Both the position numbers and the translations under genes were made by a program. From NCBI GenBank assembly GCA_036558345.1, contig DATBFV010000215.1, positions 1 to 60,258 on the forward strand: DNA of 60,258 nucleotides, in the 5' to 3' direction. The notes beneath the pieces are model-generated. The model searched no databases. It had not been told where the DNA came from and worked only from the letters and a program-made list of their open reading frames with translations. This stretch comes from Gemmatimonadales bacterium (GTDB lineage Bacteria; Gemmatimonadota; Gemmatimonadetes; Gemmatimonadales; GWC2-71-9). Shown in pieces: positions 44,052 to 53,127 of the stretch; the stretch's first letter is position 1; the number at the start of each line of letters is the position of its first letter.

Positions 44052-45436
44052 CAGCGGATTCCCGCCAGCTGGTGGAGCAGGTCGTAGCGGGTGACGATGC
44101 CGACGACCTTGCCGTTACGCCGGACGAGCGCCGCCGGCGTTGTCCGCGACAGCAGCGTGGTCAGGAGCGCGATCGGCGATTCGCCGTCCACGACCGGGAA
44201 GGGGGGGTCCATCACATCCCGTACGGGGCTGTCGAGGATCTTCTGCTGGCCGATGGCGCGCGCCATCAAGGCCTGTTCCGACACGGCGCCTACGCCATCG
44301 TCCCCGTCCAGCACCGGCAGCTGCGACACGTTGTAGGTCGACATCAGATTCAGCGCCTGGCGCACCGATGCCTCCGGCGCGACATGGATCAGTGGCGGAG
44401 CGTCGCCGGTCTTGGCGGCAACCAGGCGTCCGACGGTGGGCTGGGCGTCATCGATCAGCTGGTTCTCGCGCAGCCATTCTTCGTTGTAGACCTTGCTGAG
44501 GTAGCGCTCACCGGTGTCAGCAAGGATGGTCACCACCAGGGCGCTGGGGTCGTCGATCCGGCGTGCGACGTCGAGGGCGGCGACGACATTCACGCCCGTC
44601 GATCCACCGACGAAGAGACCCTCTTCCCTGGAAAGACGGCGGGCCATCTGCATCGCGTCCTTATCGCTCACGACCACCCAGTCATCGATCACATCCCAGT
44701 GCAGCGACGTCGGAAGCTTGTCGCCGCCGATGCCCTCGACCTTGTACGGTTGCCCGTCGCCTTTCTTGTGGGTCTTGGCATACTCGGTATAGATCGATCC
44801 CACCGGATCACCCGCGACGACGCGGATCTTGGGATTCTTCTCCTTGAGGAACTTGCCGGCGCCGCTGACCGTGCCGCCGGTGCCGGGCGCGCACACGAAG
44901 TGCGTGACGTTGCCGCTGGTCTGCTCCCAAATCTCCGGGCCGGTCGTGTGGTAGTGGACGTCGGGGTTCACCGGATTGTAGTGCTGGTCGGCGAAGATCG
45001 CGTTCTCGTGCGCGTCCGCGATCGCGCGGCCTTTCATGATGTAGTTGTCGGGATGATCCGGTGGGACCGCGGTCGGCGTGATGATGACCTCCGCACCCAG
45101 GGCGCGGAGTAGCCGAGCCTTTTCCTGCGACATCTTGTCAGGCATCGTGAAAATGCACCGATACCCTTTTACCGCCGCCGCGATGGCGAGGCCGACGCCC
45201 GTGTTTCCCGATGTCGCCTCGACGATGAGGCCACCGGGCTTGAGCTTGCCGGCGCGCTCAGCCGCCTCGATCATCGCGAGCCCGATGCGGTCTTTGACCG
45301 AGCCGCCGGGATTGAAAAACTCCGCCTTGGCGTAGACCGGCGTCCGAATCCCGCGCGAGACTTTGTTGATCCGGATGAGTGGCGTCCAGCCGATCGTCTC
45401 GAGGACGTTGGCGTATGGCTTAGTGTGTTGTGGCAC
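44051..45436 (-). CDS. cystathionine beta-synthase-like PLP enzyme with C-terminal CBS pair
   Basis: FNPGGSVKDR (PLP Lys) and EATSGNTGVGLA, with two CBS motifs at the C-terminus. The start is set at GTG 45436 (VPQHTKPYANV...). The 89 R-rich codons upstream in the track ORF overlap the TonB-C gene. Confidence 0.88.
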   Translation of the reverse strand: MPQHTKPYANVLETIGWTPLIRINKVSRGIRTPVYAKAEFFNPGGSVKDRIGLAMIEAAERAGKLKPGGLIVEATSGNTGVGLAIAAAVKGYRCIFTMPDKMSQEKARLLRALGAEVIITPTAVPPDHPDNYIMKGRAIADAHENAIFADQHYNPVNPDVHYHTTGPEIWEQTSGNVTHFVCAPGTGGTVSGAGKFLKEKNPKIRVVAGDPVGSIYTEYAKTHKKGDGQPYKVEGIGGDKLPTSLHWDVIDDWVVVSDKDAMQMARRLSREEGLFVGGSTGVNVVAALDVARRIDDPSALVVTILADTGERYLSKVYNEEWLRENQLIDDAQPTVGRLVAAKTGDAPPLIHVAPEASVRQALNLMSTYNVSQLPVLDGDDGVGAVSEQALMARAIGQQKILDSPVRDVMDPPFPVVDGESPIALLTTLLSRTTPAALVRRNGKVVGIVTRYDLLHQLAGIR

Positions 45437-46046
45437 TCGTGTCCGTGCGCGCCTTCGTCGTGTCAGGAGGTGCTGGCTTCGTCGTGTCCGCGGGCGCCTT
45501 GGTGGTGTCCGCGCGGGTCGTATCCGCCTTGGGCTGGACGACTGGAGCGGGAGGCGGAGGCCGGGGACGGGCCCGCGCGGGCGCTGGCGGCGGTGTAGGC
45601 GTCGGAGCCGGCGCCGGTGGCGGCGCCGGAGGCAACGCCACGGTTCCGGTTCGCGTCGTACCCACCTGCCGGAACTCGACGGGCTGGAGAAACGCGGTCG
45701 CAACCGGAACGCCGTGCCGCTTCGCCGGCGCGAACCGTAGCGCTTTAGACCCGGTGAGCGCCGCCGAATCGAGCGCAGGGTATCCGCTCGGCTCGTCTAC
45801 CCTGGTCGATTCGGGGACGAGCTTGCCGGTCGAATCGACGAACAGCCGAAGCGTCACGTCGCCTTCGACCTTCTGATCGTACAGGGTCGGCGGGTACGCG
45901 ATCGGCACATCGGGATTGAGTGCGACGGGCGCTTCGGATTCGGGCGGCGGCGCCGCCTGACTCGACTGGTCCCCGGCGTCCGACCGCGGAGAGGAGCTGT
46001 GGCAGGCCACCACGGCAAAGACGGCGATGACGATCAGCGCCTTCAT
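45420..46046 (-). CDS. TonB C-terminal-domain lipoprotein with Pro/Thr-rich tail
   Basis: MKALIVIAVFAVVAC (lipobox), then a TonB_C-like YPPTLYDQKVEGDVTLRLFVDSTGKLV...GYPALDSAAL...RFAPAKRHGVPV, then a PAPPP.../ADTTK-repeat tail. ATGA overlap with mutS. Confidence 0.75.
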   Translation of the reverse strand: MKALIVIAVFAVVACHSSSPRSDAGDQSSQAAPPPESEAPVALNPDVPIAYPPTLYDQKVEGDVTLRLFVDSTGKLVPESTRVDEPSGYPALDSAALTGSKALRFAPAKRHGVPVATAFLQPVEFRQVGTTRTGTVALPPAPPPAPAPTPTPPPAPARARPRPPPPAPVVQPKADTTRADTTKAPADTTKPAPPDTTKARTDTSATTH

Positions 46047-48643
46047 GGGCTGCCGCCCGCGTCTTTGCGCCGTCTCTGCCACGCCGCCAAACGGTTCAGC
46101 GCTTCGAGCGGGGACAGCGAGTTTACGTCCAGTCCGTCCAACTCGAGCAGCAAGGGGTCCGGAGGCGGAGGTGCAAAGAGACCGAGCTGTGTCGCATCCA
46201 TCGGTGACGGCGGCCGTTGCTTCGCCACATGATGTCCCGCTTCCAGGAGCTTGAGAACCTGCCAGGCGCGCGTCACGACCGGCGCAGGCAATCCCGCCAG
46301 CCTGCCGACATGAATGCCATAGGAGCGGTCGGCGCCTCCCGGTTCGAGGCGATGCAGGAACACGATCTCTTCGCCAACCTCGCGAACGGCCACATTGAAG
46401 TTGCGAACGTGCTCGAGCTCTTCGGTCAGCTGTGTCAGCTCGTGGTAGTGTGTCGCAAAAATGGTCTTGCAGCCGATGCTGTTGTGCAAGCACTCCGTGA
46501 CGGCCCACGCAATGGCGACGCCGTCGTAGGTCGACGTGCCGCGCCCGATCTCATCGAGCAGCACCAGGCTCTGGGCCGTGGCCGCGTGCAGAATCGCGCT
46601 GGTCTCGCTCATCTCGACCATGAACGTGGACTGGCCGCGCACCAAGTTGTCGGAGGCTCCGACCCGCGTAAACAGGCGATCCACGACGCCGATCGTCGCG
46701 CGCCGGCACGGAACGAACGAACCGATCTGAGCGAGCACGACACAGAGCCCCACCTGCCGCAGCAGCGTGGATTTGCCGGCCATGTTGGGTCCCGTCAGCA
46801 GAATCACCCGACCGGATGCGTCGAGCAGTACGTCATTGGGGATGAACGCCTCCCGCGCCATCATGCGCTCGACAACGGGATGGCGGCAGCCTTCGAGCTG
46901 CAGCGTAAACTCGCTCGTCACGTCCGGCCGTACATAGCGCTCGCGCTCGGCGACATCGGCGAGCGCCGCCCAGACGTCCAGCCGTGCGAGCACTCCCGCG
47001 GTCGTCTGCACGCGGGTGATCGAAGCGCCCACGCGGCGGCGCAGTTGATCCAACACCGCGGCTTCCCGTGCCGCGATGCGCTCCTCGGCACCCAAGACCT
47101 TCGCCTCGTACTCTTTCAGCTCGGGGGTGACGTAGCGTTCAGCGCCGGTGAGCGTCTGACGGCGCTCGTAATCGGACGGAATTCGCTCGCGGTGCGCGTG
47201 CGTGACTTCGATGTAGTAGCCGAAGACCTTGTTGAAGCCGACTTTGAGCGACCCGATGCCGGTGCGTTCCCGCTCGCGCGCCTGCAGACCCGCGATGTAT
47301 TGCTTGCCGCCGTCGCGCGCCGCCTTCAGCTCATCCAGGTCGCTATCATAACCCGTCTTGATCGTGTCTCCGTCGTCGAGCTGCGCCGGTGGCCGTTCGA
47401 CCAGCGCGCGCGCCAGCTCGTCACCGATGTCGGTCAACAGGTCGAGCTCGTGCGCTCCCGACTCGAGCAGGGCAGACCGCTCGCGGCCCTCGAGGCCGCC
47501 CAAAGCCCCCGCCACGTCGGGCAGACGCACGATCGAATCTCGCAGCGCCCCCATCTCCCGCGGCGTGGCGCGGCCGAGCGCCGCGCGACCGGCGAGGCGC
47601 TCGAGATCGCGGACGCCGTCGAGCGCCTCACGGAGACGCTCGCGCCCGCGGCTATCGCCTACGAGCAGCGCCACGGCATCGAGCCGTGCACTGATTGCCG
47701 CGGGCTCGACGAGCGGCGCCAGCAACCAGCGGCGGAGCAGGCGTCCTCCCATCGGCGTCAACGTGCGATCGATCACTTCGAGCAGCGTTGCCCCTTCCAC
47801 GCCGGCGCGCAGCGGTTCGACAAGCTCGAGATTGCGGCGCGTCATTTCGTCGAGCGGCAGGACGTCACCGCGCCGTACGATCGTGGGGTGCGCGAGGTGG
47901 GGCAGTCCGCCCGGCTTGAGCTCGCGCGCATAGCGGAGCAGCGCGCCGGCCGCGCCGATCGCGGGCCGATCCTCGGGAGTGATGCCGAAGCCGTCGAGCG
48001 AGGCAATGCCGTAGAGCCGCAGCAGATCCTCGCGCGCGAGCTCGGGGTCGAACTCCCAGGCCTCGCGCCGGGTCTCAGTCGCGGAAAATCCCGCGAGCGA
48101 CGTTTCCGCCGGCATGACGAGCTCGCGGGGCTCATAGCGCCCCAGCACCGGCTGGAGCTCGGCGGTGGGCACGACCTCCAGAATGAGCTCGCCGGTCGTG
48201 ATATCGAGAACCGCGAGCCCGGCGGCCTCGCCCCGGGGATCGACTGCCACCAGATAGTTATTGCGATTCTTGATGAGCCAGTCGTCGGTGAGCACCGTGC
48301 CCGGTGTGACGGTCTCGACGACGGCGCGACGGACGACTCCCTTGGCGAGCCTGGGATCCTCGATCTGTTCGCAGATGGCGACGGAGTGGCCCTTCGCAAT
48401 GAGCCGCCGAAGGTACTCCGTGGCCGCCTTGACCGGCACGCCCGCGAGCGGCACTTCCGCGGCACCACCGTTGTTGCGGGAGGTGAGCGTCAGGCCCAGC
48501 TCGCGCGAGGCGAGCTTGGCGTCGTCTTCGAACATCTCATAGAAGTCGCCCATCCTGAAAAACAGAATGGCTTGCGGGTGACGGGCCTTGATATCGCGGT
48601 ACTGCTGCATCAGTGGCGTCTCGGGCGGTGTTAGCGCCGTCAT
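46043..48643 (-). CDS. mutS: DNA mismatch repair protein MutS
   Basis: MQQYRDIKARHPQAILFFRMGDFYEMFEDDA, GPNMAGKST and DEIGRGTSTYDG. Confidence 0.98.
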   Translation of the reverse strand: MTALTPPETPLMQQYRDIKARHPQAILFFRMGDFYEMFEDDAKLASRELGLTLTSRNNGGAAEVPLAGVPVKAATEYLRRLIAKGHSVAICEQIEDPRLAKGVVRRAVVETVTPGTVLTDDWLIKNRNNYLVAVDPRGEAAGLAVLDITTGELILEVVPTAELQPVLGRYEPRELVMPAETSLAGFSATETRREAWEFDPELAREDLLRLYGIASLDGFGITPEDRPAIGAAGALLRYARELKPGGLPHLAHPTIVRRGDVLPLDEMTRRNLELVEPLRAGVEGATLLEVIDRTLTPMGGRLLRRWLLAPLVEPAAISARLDAVALLVGDSRGRERLREALDGVRDLERLAGRAALGRATPREMGALRDSIVRLPDVAGALGGLEGRERSALLESGAHELDLLTDIGDELARALVERPPAQLDDGDTIKTGYDSDLDELKAARDGGKQYIAGLQARERERTGIGSLKVGFNKVFGYYIEVTHAHRERIPSDYERRQTLTGAERYVTPELKEYEAKVLGAEERIAAREAAVLDQLRRRVGASITRVQTTAGVLARLDVWAALADVAERERYVRPDVTSEFTLQLEGCRHPVVERMMAREAFIPNDVLLDASGRVILLTGPNMAGKSTLLRQVGLCVVLAQIGSFVPCRRATIGVVDRLFTRVGASDNLVRGQSTFMVEMSETSAILHAATAQSLVLLDEIGRGTSTYDGVAIAWAVTECLHNSIGCKTIFATHYHELTQLTEELEHVRNFNVAVREVGEEIVFLHRLEPGGADRSYGIHVGRLAGLPAPVVTRAWQVLKLLEAGHHVAKQRPPSPMDATQLGLFAPPPPDPLLLELDGLDVNSLSPLEALNRLAAWQRRRKDAGGSP

Positions 48644-49470
48644 GGCTCGTCCACGACGAACGGTTGCCCGCCGATCTTCGTTTTGAGCCGCTGCTGTGTC
48701 CGCACCGCTTCGTCGCGCGTCGCGTACCTGCCGACGCGCACCTTGAAGTAGCCGGTCGAGTCCCGGAGCACGCGCGCGTCAAAGCCCATCACCTTGAGCC
48801 GGGTGAGCATGTCGTCGACTTGCGCCGCGCTTTTCACGGCCAGGACTTGCACGGCATACGCGTGCGGGCTGCTTCCCGTCGACGTTTTCGGTGCTGTGTC
48901 CGTGGACGGTGTGCTGGCGGTGGTCGAGGGCGTACTACAGCGCGCCGCGTAGAAGCTGACTTGATTCCTGAACTCGACGTCGTCTCCTGCGCCGTCCAAT
49001 GCCTGCTGAATCAACTCGCAGCCCCGCGCCTCGTTCTTGAGCTCGAAGTAGGCACGTGCAGCAGTGAAATTCGACCGCGGGCGGAGCGGCGACTCGGGAT
49101 AATCACGATTCAGATGCTCGGCCGCTTGTACGGTCTGCGCAGGGTCGTGCTGCGCGGAGTAGAGCTGGGTAAGGAGCAGCAGCGCGTCGTCCGCCCAGGG
49201 ACTGGCGCCATACTCGACCACGATCCGATTGAGATACGACCTGACAGTCGCTGCATCGGGCGTGATCTTCGAGGCGGCGAGCAGAGCCTGGGGATACGAG
49301 GTATCACTGGGGGGAAGCGTCGCGAGCAGGCGCCGGACGATCGCGCGCCCGGAATCGACCTGCCCGGATTGCGCGAGCCGGAGTGCTTCGACAAGGCGAG
49401 TGTCGGTTTGTGCGACAGAAGGACGGAACGGCGGTAGGACGGAAAGAATGACGAGAATGGCAACTCTCAT
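48640..49470 (-). CDS. SPOR-domain protein with TPR-like region
   Basis: The C-terminal SPOR domain is YAVQVLAVKSAAQVDDMLTRLKVMGFDARVLRDSTGYFKVRVGRYATRDEA. The start is set at MRVAILVILSV (49470). Confidence 0.8.
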   Translation of the reverse strand: MRVAILVILSVLPPFRPSVAQTDTRLVEALRLAQSGQVDSGRAIVRRLLATLPPSDTSYPQALLAASKITPDAATVRSYLNRIVVEYGASPWADDALLLLTQLYSAQHDPAQTVQAAEHLNRDYPESPLRPRSNFTAARAYFELKNEARGCELIQQALDGAGDDVEFRNQVSFYAARCSTPSTTASTPSTDTAPKTSTGSSPHAYAVQVLAVKSAAQVDDMLTRLKVMGFDARVLRDSTGYFKVRVGRYATRDEAVRTQQRLKTKIGGQPFVVDEP

Positions 49471-49502
49471 TCCCATTCCGTCGTTCCGTCCTTCCGTCCG
49501 CC

Positions 49503-50567
49503 TCACGCCGCCTCCCGCTTTGTGGCCACGAACCCGAGTACGAGTTGCGTTACGATGCCTCGGTCGTCGCTCACAGTCGCCGTCTTCAATGCGTTGTCGG
49601 CGTTGAGCGCCGCACGCAGCGCCGCGCGAAGCTCATCGCGGCTCCACATGGCGCTCCACTCGGCCCAGCGCGCCGCTTCTTCTTTATAGCCGCGCAATCC
49701 GTACGGCCTGACGCTGATCATCTGCCGGTACAGAATATCGGCCAGCCGACTGAGATGCACGCCACGGTCGCGCTCGGCGCGGGCCAGGGCCGTTCCGACG
49801 AGGTGCGTGCCGAGCAGGGAGATGATCTTGACTCCGCTCATGCCGGCCTGCTCAAGGACCGGCTCGACGAGCTGCGCGGCGCGCGCGCCTTTGCGTTCCA
49901 GAGCAGCAGCGACCAGGTCGTACAATGTTTCTCCGTGCCGCACGCCCACGAGCGCAGAAACGTCATCGACCGTGATCGATCGGTTGGTGCCGGCTACCAG
50001 CGCCGCCAGTTTCTCGAGCTCCCGGCTCACGGTGCTGAGGTCATTGCCCACGGCTTTGAGCAGCAGCTCCGATGCCGCGGCATCGATCGCGATGCCGAGC
50101 GTGGTGGCCCGGTGCTGTAGCCAGCGCGGGATTCGTTCGGCCGCCAATGCCGTGAGCTCGACAGCGTTGCATGCCCTCGCAACCCCCGCGTCGGGTTCCT
50201 CGCCTGCTGCGAGGACGAGCACAAGGAGTGTGGTCGGATTCGGTGACTCCAAATACCGCACGAGCTCGTCTCGCAATTTGGTCTTGCGCTTGCCGAGCTG
50301 CTCCATGCCGCGAATCACCACCGCGCGGCGGTCTGCCAGCATCGGTGGGGTGTTGACGAGGGCGTTGAACGACTCCGGGTTGAGGTCGCCGGCATACCGC
50401 ACATCCAGATTGAAATCCCGGCTCGACGGGATGGCAACGTCGACGAGCGCGCGAATCGCGTCGTCCTTCAAAACGTCTTCGTCACCGTGAAGCAGGTAGA
50501 CGGGATCGAGAGCAGGGCCGCCCTTCTTCAGGCTTCGAAGGAGGGCGTCGAGATTGAGCGCCGCCAT
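49503..50567 (-). CDS. holA: DNA polymerase III delta subunit
   Basis: 354 aa with PVYLLHGDEDVLKDDAI... and an overall HolA layout. Confidence 0.85.
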   Translation of the reverse strand: MAALNLDALLRSLKKGGPALDPVYLLHGDEDVLKDDAIRALVDVAIPSSRDFNLDVRYAGDLNPESFNALVNTPPMLADRRAVVIRGMEQLGKRKTKLRDELVRYLESPNPTTLLVLVLAAGEEPDAGVARACNAVELTALAAERIPRWLQHRATTLGIAIDAAASELLLKAVGNDLSTVSRELEKLAALVAGTNRSITVDDVSALVGVRHGETLYDLVAAALERKGARAAQLVEPVLEQAGMSGVKIISLLGTHLVGTALARAERDRGVHLSRLADILYRQMISVRPYGLRGYKEEAARWAEWSAMWSRDELRAALRAALNADNALKTATVSDDRGIVTQLVLGFVATKREAA

Positions 50568-50576
50568 CCAGCGAAG

Positions 50577-51044
50577 TTACCGCCCGGTTGTGGCCGGAGA
50601 AAGGCTTGTGACCTGCGTGATGATGGCGCGCGGATCCTGGAAGGACACAAACGGGAGTCCCGCGCCCGCGACAGGCTTCGGGTTCGCAACCGGAGGCAGC
50701 AGCGGCGCGCGTGCAATCCGCGGGCGTTGGGCGATTTCGAAGAAGCACAATGCGCACGCCGCAATTACCAGCAGTGTGGCGGATACACCCGCCCGCCCGG
50801 GCTGCCCCGGTACGCGGCGCCGCTCGACGGCGAGGCGCGCATCGAGCCGCTCCCGGAAGTTTGCCGATGGCGTAATCGGGGTTGCTGAGTGGAGTGCCTT
50901 GACTGCGTAGCGAACCATTGCGTCATAGCGGCGGCAGGACGCGCAATGGGCCACATGCCGGGCAAAGCGACGCAGATCCCGGGAAGACGTGATCAACCCA
51001 TCCCGGAATTCACTATGGCGTTCGAGGAATTCGCGACACAGCAT
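50577..51044 (-). CDS. zf-HC2-type anti-sigma factor
   Basis: The N-terminal HVAHCASC gives H-x3-C-x2-C. It has one TM (ATLLVIAACALCFF) and lies downstream of an ECF sigma gene. Confidence 0.7.
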   Translation of the reverse strand: MLCREFLERHSEFRDGLITSSRDLRRFARHVAHCASCRRYDAMVRYAVKALHSATPITPSANFRERLDARLAVERRRVPGQPGRAGVSATLLVIAACALCFFEIAQRPRIARAPLLPPVANPKPVAGAGLPFVSFQDPRAIITQVTSLSPATTGR

Positions 51045-51109
51045 GGGAGAAATGTACCATCCCCAGCCGCGGGTGTTCCGCAGCCGGGGTGGAGCAAGGC
51101 GAATTGTCC

Positions 51110-51760
51110 TTAGACGACGATGGGGCCGATGAGCTGGGCGAAGCTATTGCGCGCCCGGTTTAGGCGGCTCTTTACCGTTCCCAGATTGCACCCGGTGATC
51201 TCGGCGATCTCCTGGTAGCTCTTCCCCTCGAGCTCGCGGAGCACGAAGACCTCGCGATGGTGTTCCGGCAGCCGCTGCACGCACTGATCGACAGCATCCT
51301 TCAGAAACCGTTTGCGATACAGGTCGTCAGGCCGGGCCGTCGTGTCTTCGAACTGCAGCGGCCGGTGGTCGGCCTCCCAGTTCTTTTTGATCGTCTGGAA
51401 CAGAACGAGCGGATTACGGCTACGATTGCGGAGCTCGTTCTTCGCCAGGTTCGAGGCGATCGTGTAAATCCAGGTCGAGAATTTCTTGGTCTGATCGAAG
51501 CGGTGCAGATGCCGGAATACCCGAATGAACACCTCCTGCACCAGGTCCTCAGCGCGTTCCCGATCGCCGATCGTGCGATTGACGAAATTGAGGAGCCGGG
51601 TCTGGTACCGGTCCACCAGCGTGCCGAACGCCTGCGCCTCCCCCGTGAGATGCCGCATCACCACCTGGCCGTCCTCCAACTCGTGCAGCGCTTCGCGCTG
51701 CAGTGCTCGCTCGGAGTCGACGACGGGTGTGGGACGCTTCAACGCGGTCCGCATAGGCAT
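51110..51760 (-). CDS. ECF (group 4) RNA polymerase sigma factor
   Basis: Region 2 is AEDLVQEVFIRVFRHLHRFDQTKKFSTWIYTIASNLAKN. Region 4 is LPEHHREVFVLRELEGKSYQEIAEITGCNLGTVKSRLNRAR. Confidence 0.9.
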   Translation of the reverse strand: MPMRTALKRPTPVVDSERALQREALHELEDGQVVMRHLTGEAQAFGTLVDRYQTRLLNFVNRTIGDRERAEDLVQEVFIRVFRHLHRFDQTKKFSTWIYTIASNLAKNELRNRSRNPLVLFQTIKKNWEADHRPLQFEDTTARPDDLYRKRFLKDAVDQCVQRLPEHHREVFVLRELEGKSYQEIAEITGCNLGTVKSRLNRARNSFAQLIGPIVV

Positions 51761-51963
51761 CCTTGTGTTTCCAACTGGAATACGGAAACCCTGCCCTGAT
51801 TCACTTTATGAGGACTTGGCACAATCCGTGCCTCCCACGCTATGGGGAATAACTCCTTGTCGATGAATAGCTTGCGATTTTCGCAGCCGACGCCAACTGG
51901 GAATACTGTCCCAGCCTGAGGACGGTACACTCCCAATATGACCTAGATCCGAAGGACGGAGCA

Positions 51964-52503
51964 CTAATGCTCCAGGATGAAACCCGCCACAAACAGGAGC
52001 GCCAAGGCGGTCTTTGCGTCCGAAATCACGCCGCTTCGGATGAGCTGAAGGGCCTCTGACAAGGGTTTTGGAGTCACCTCAATGAACTCGTCCGGCTCAC
52101 GCGCGTGCTTGTCCGCGGTGAGGTCCGTTGCCCAGAACAGGTGAATTCGTTCGTCGGTGAAGCCGGGCGTTGTCCATATAGTAGTAAGACGCTCCAGCCG
52201 GCCCGCCTTTACACCAACCTCCTCCAGCAGCTCCCGCTCTGCACATACCCGCGGATCTTCACCAGGGTTCAATCGGCCGGCCGGAATCTCAAACAGTGCC
52301 CCGTTTGTAGCGTAGCGGTATTGATGAATGAGGAGAATCGTCGGGTCCGGCCCGTGCGGATCGGACGCGAACGGCACGACAGCAGCGGCTCCAGGGTGCC
52401 GAATCATCTCGAGTTGCCCGGTCGAGCCGTCCGGAAACCGCACGGTGTCGAGGTCCAAATCGATCACACGGCCCGAATACATTCGCTTGCTCTCGAGCTT
52501 CAT
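51964..52503 (-). CDS. NUDIX hydrolase (ADP-ribose pyrophosphatase-like)
   Basis: The Nudix box is GRLNPGEDPRVCAERELLEEVG. The start is set at MKLESKR (52503). Confidence 0.88.
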   Translation of the reverse strand: MKLESKRMYSGRVIDLDLDTVRFPDGSTGQLEMIRHPGAAAVVPFASDPHGPDPTILLIHQYRYATNGALFEIPAGRLNPGEDPRVCAERELLEEVGVKAGRLERLTTIWTTPGFTDERIHLFWATDLTADKHAREPDEFIEVTPKPLSEALQLIRSGVISDAKTALALLFVAGFILEH

Positions 52504-52519
52504 GCCTGCCCTCGTCGCT

Positions 52520-53122
52520 TTAGCGCTGGAACAGCCAGGTGAATGGGACCTTGAATCCTTCGGCAAAGAGATAGCCGGTGTTGCGCCGGACATTGGCGTG
52601 GATGGGCGAACCGGGCGCGGGTGACGTATAGGGTGTGAGTCCTAGCCGTCTCGCAATGATTTGCAAGCGCAGCATGTGGAAACCATCGCTCACGAGGAGC
52701 ACGCGACGACTCTCGCGGCCGTGGAACCAGCGTGTCACCTGCTGGAGCGACCTGAACGTGTCGTCGCCGCCGGCGAGTGGAACAACAGCGTCATCGGGAA
52801 GGCGCAGTCGAGCGAGGTAATCACGGCCGACGCTGGCCTCGTCGAGCGTGTCACGGGCGCCAACGCCTCCGGTGACGAGTACGGTGGGCGCCAGGCCACG
52901 CTGGTACAATGCGGCTGCGTGATCGAGCCGGGCGCGGAAAACGGGCGAGGGACGGCCATTGTACTGCGCGGCGCCGAGTACGACGATCGCGTCGGCGGTG
53001 GTGGCCTGGTCGTGCGCCGCTTGGACGGCTACCGCCACCACGACGGCCGCCCACATGGCCGCAATCAGTAGAACTGCGAGAAAAATTGCGCCGAGCGCAC
53101 GCCGTCCCGTCCAGAATGGCAT
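52520..53122 (-). CDS. YdcF/DUF218-family protein
   Basis: N-terminal TM, then AIVVLGAAQY, VLVTGG and LLVSDGFHMLR. Confidence 0.8.
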   Translation of the reverse strand: MPFWTGRRALGAIFLAVLLIAAMWAAVVVAVAVQAAHDQATTADAIVVLGAAQYNGRPSPVFRARLDHAAALYQRGLAPTVLVTGGVGARDTLDEASVGRDYLARLRLPDDAVVPLAGGDDTFRSLQQVTRWFHGRESRRVLLVSDGFHMLRLQIIARRLGLTPYTSPAPGSPIHANVRRNTGYLFAEGFKVPFTWLFQR

Positions 53123-53127
53123 GCGGG

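Noticed and set aside
46217-48634. 805-aa ORF on the plus strand. There are similar long antisense ORFs at 9593-11245, 20904-21950, 15681-16787, 34596-35975, 7755-8756, 13493-14566, 43242-43988, 44072-45112 and elsewhere.
   Set aside because: Each is antisense to a gene with unmistakable family motifs (mutS, MMPL, MCP, slt, dnaA, radical SAM, polA, ddl, CBS). Their translations are Arg/Ala/Gly/Pro-rich and low in complexity, as expected for stop-poor antisense frames in high-GC DNA.
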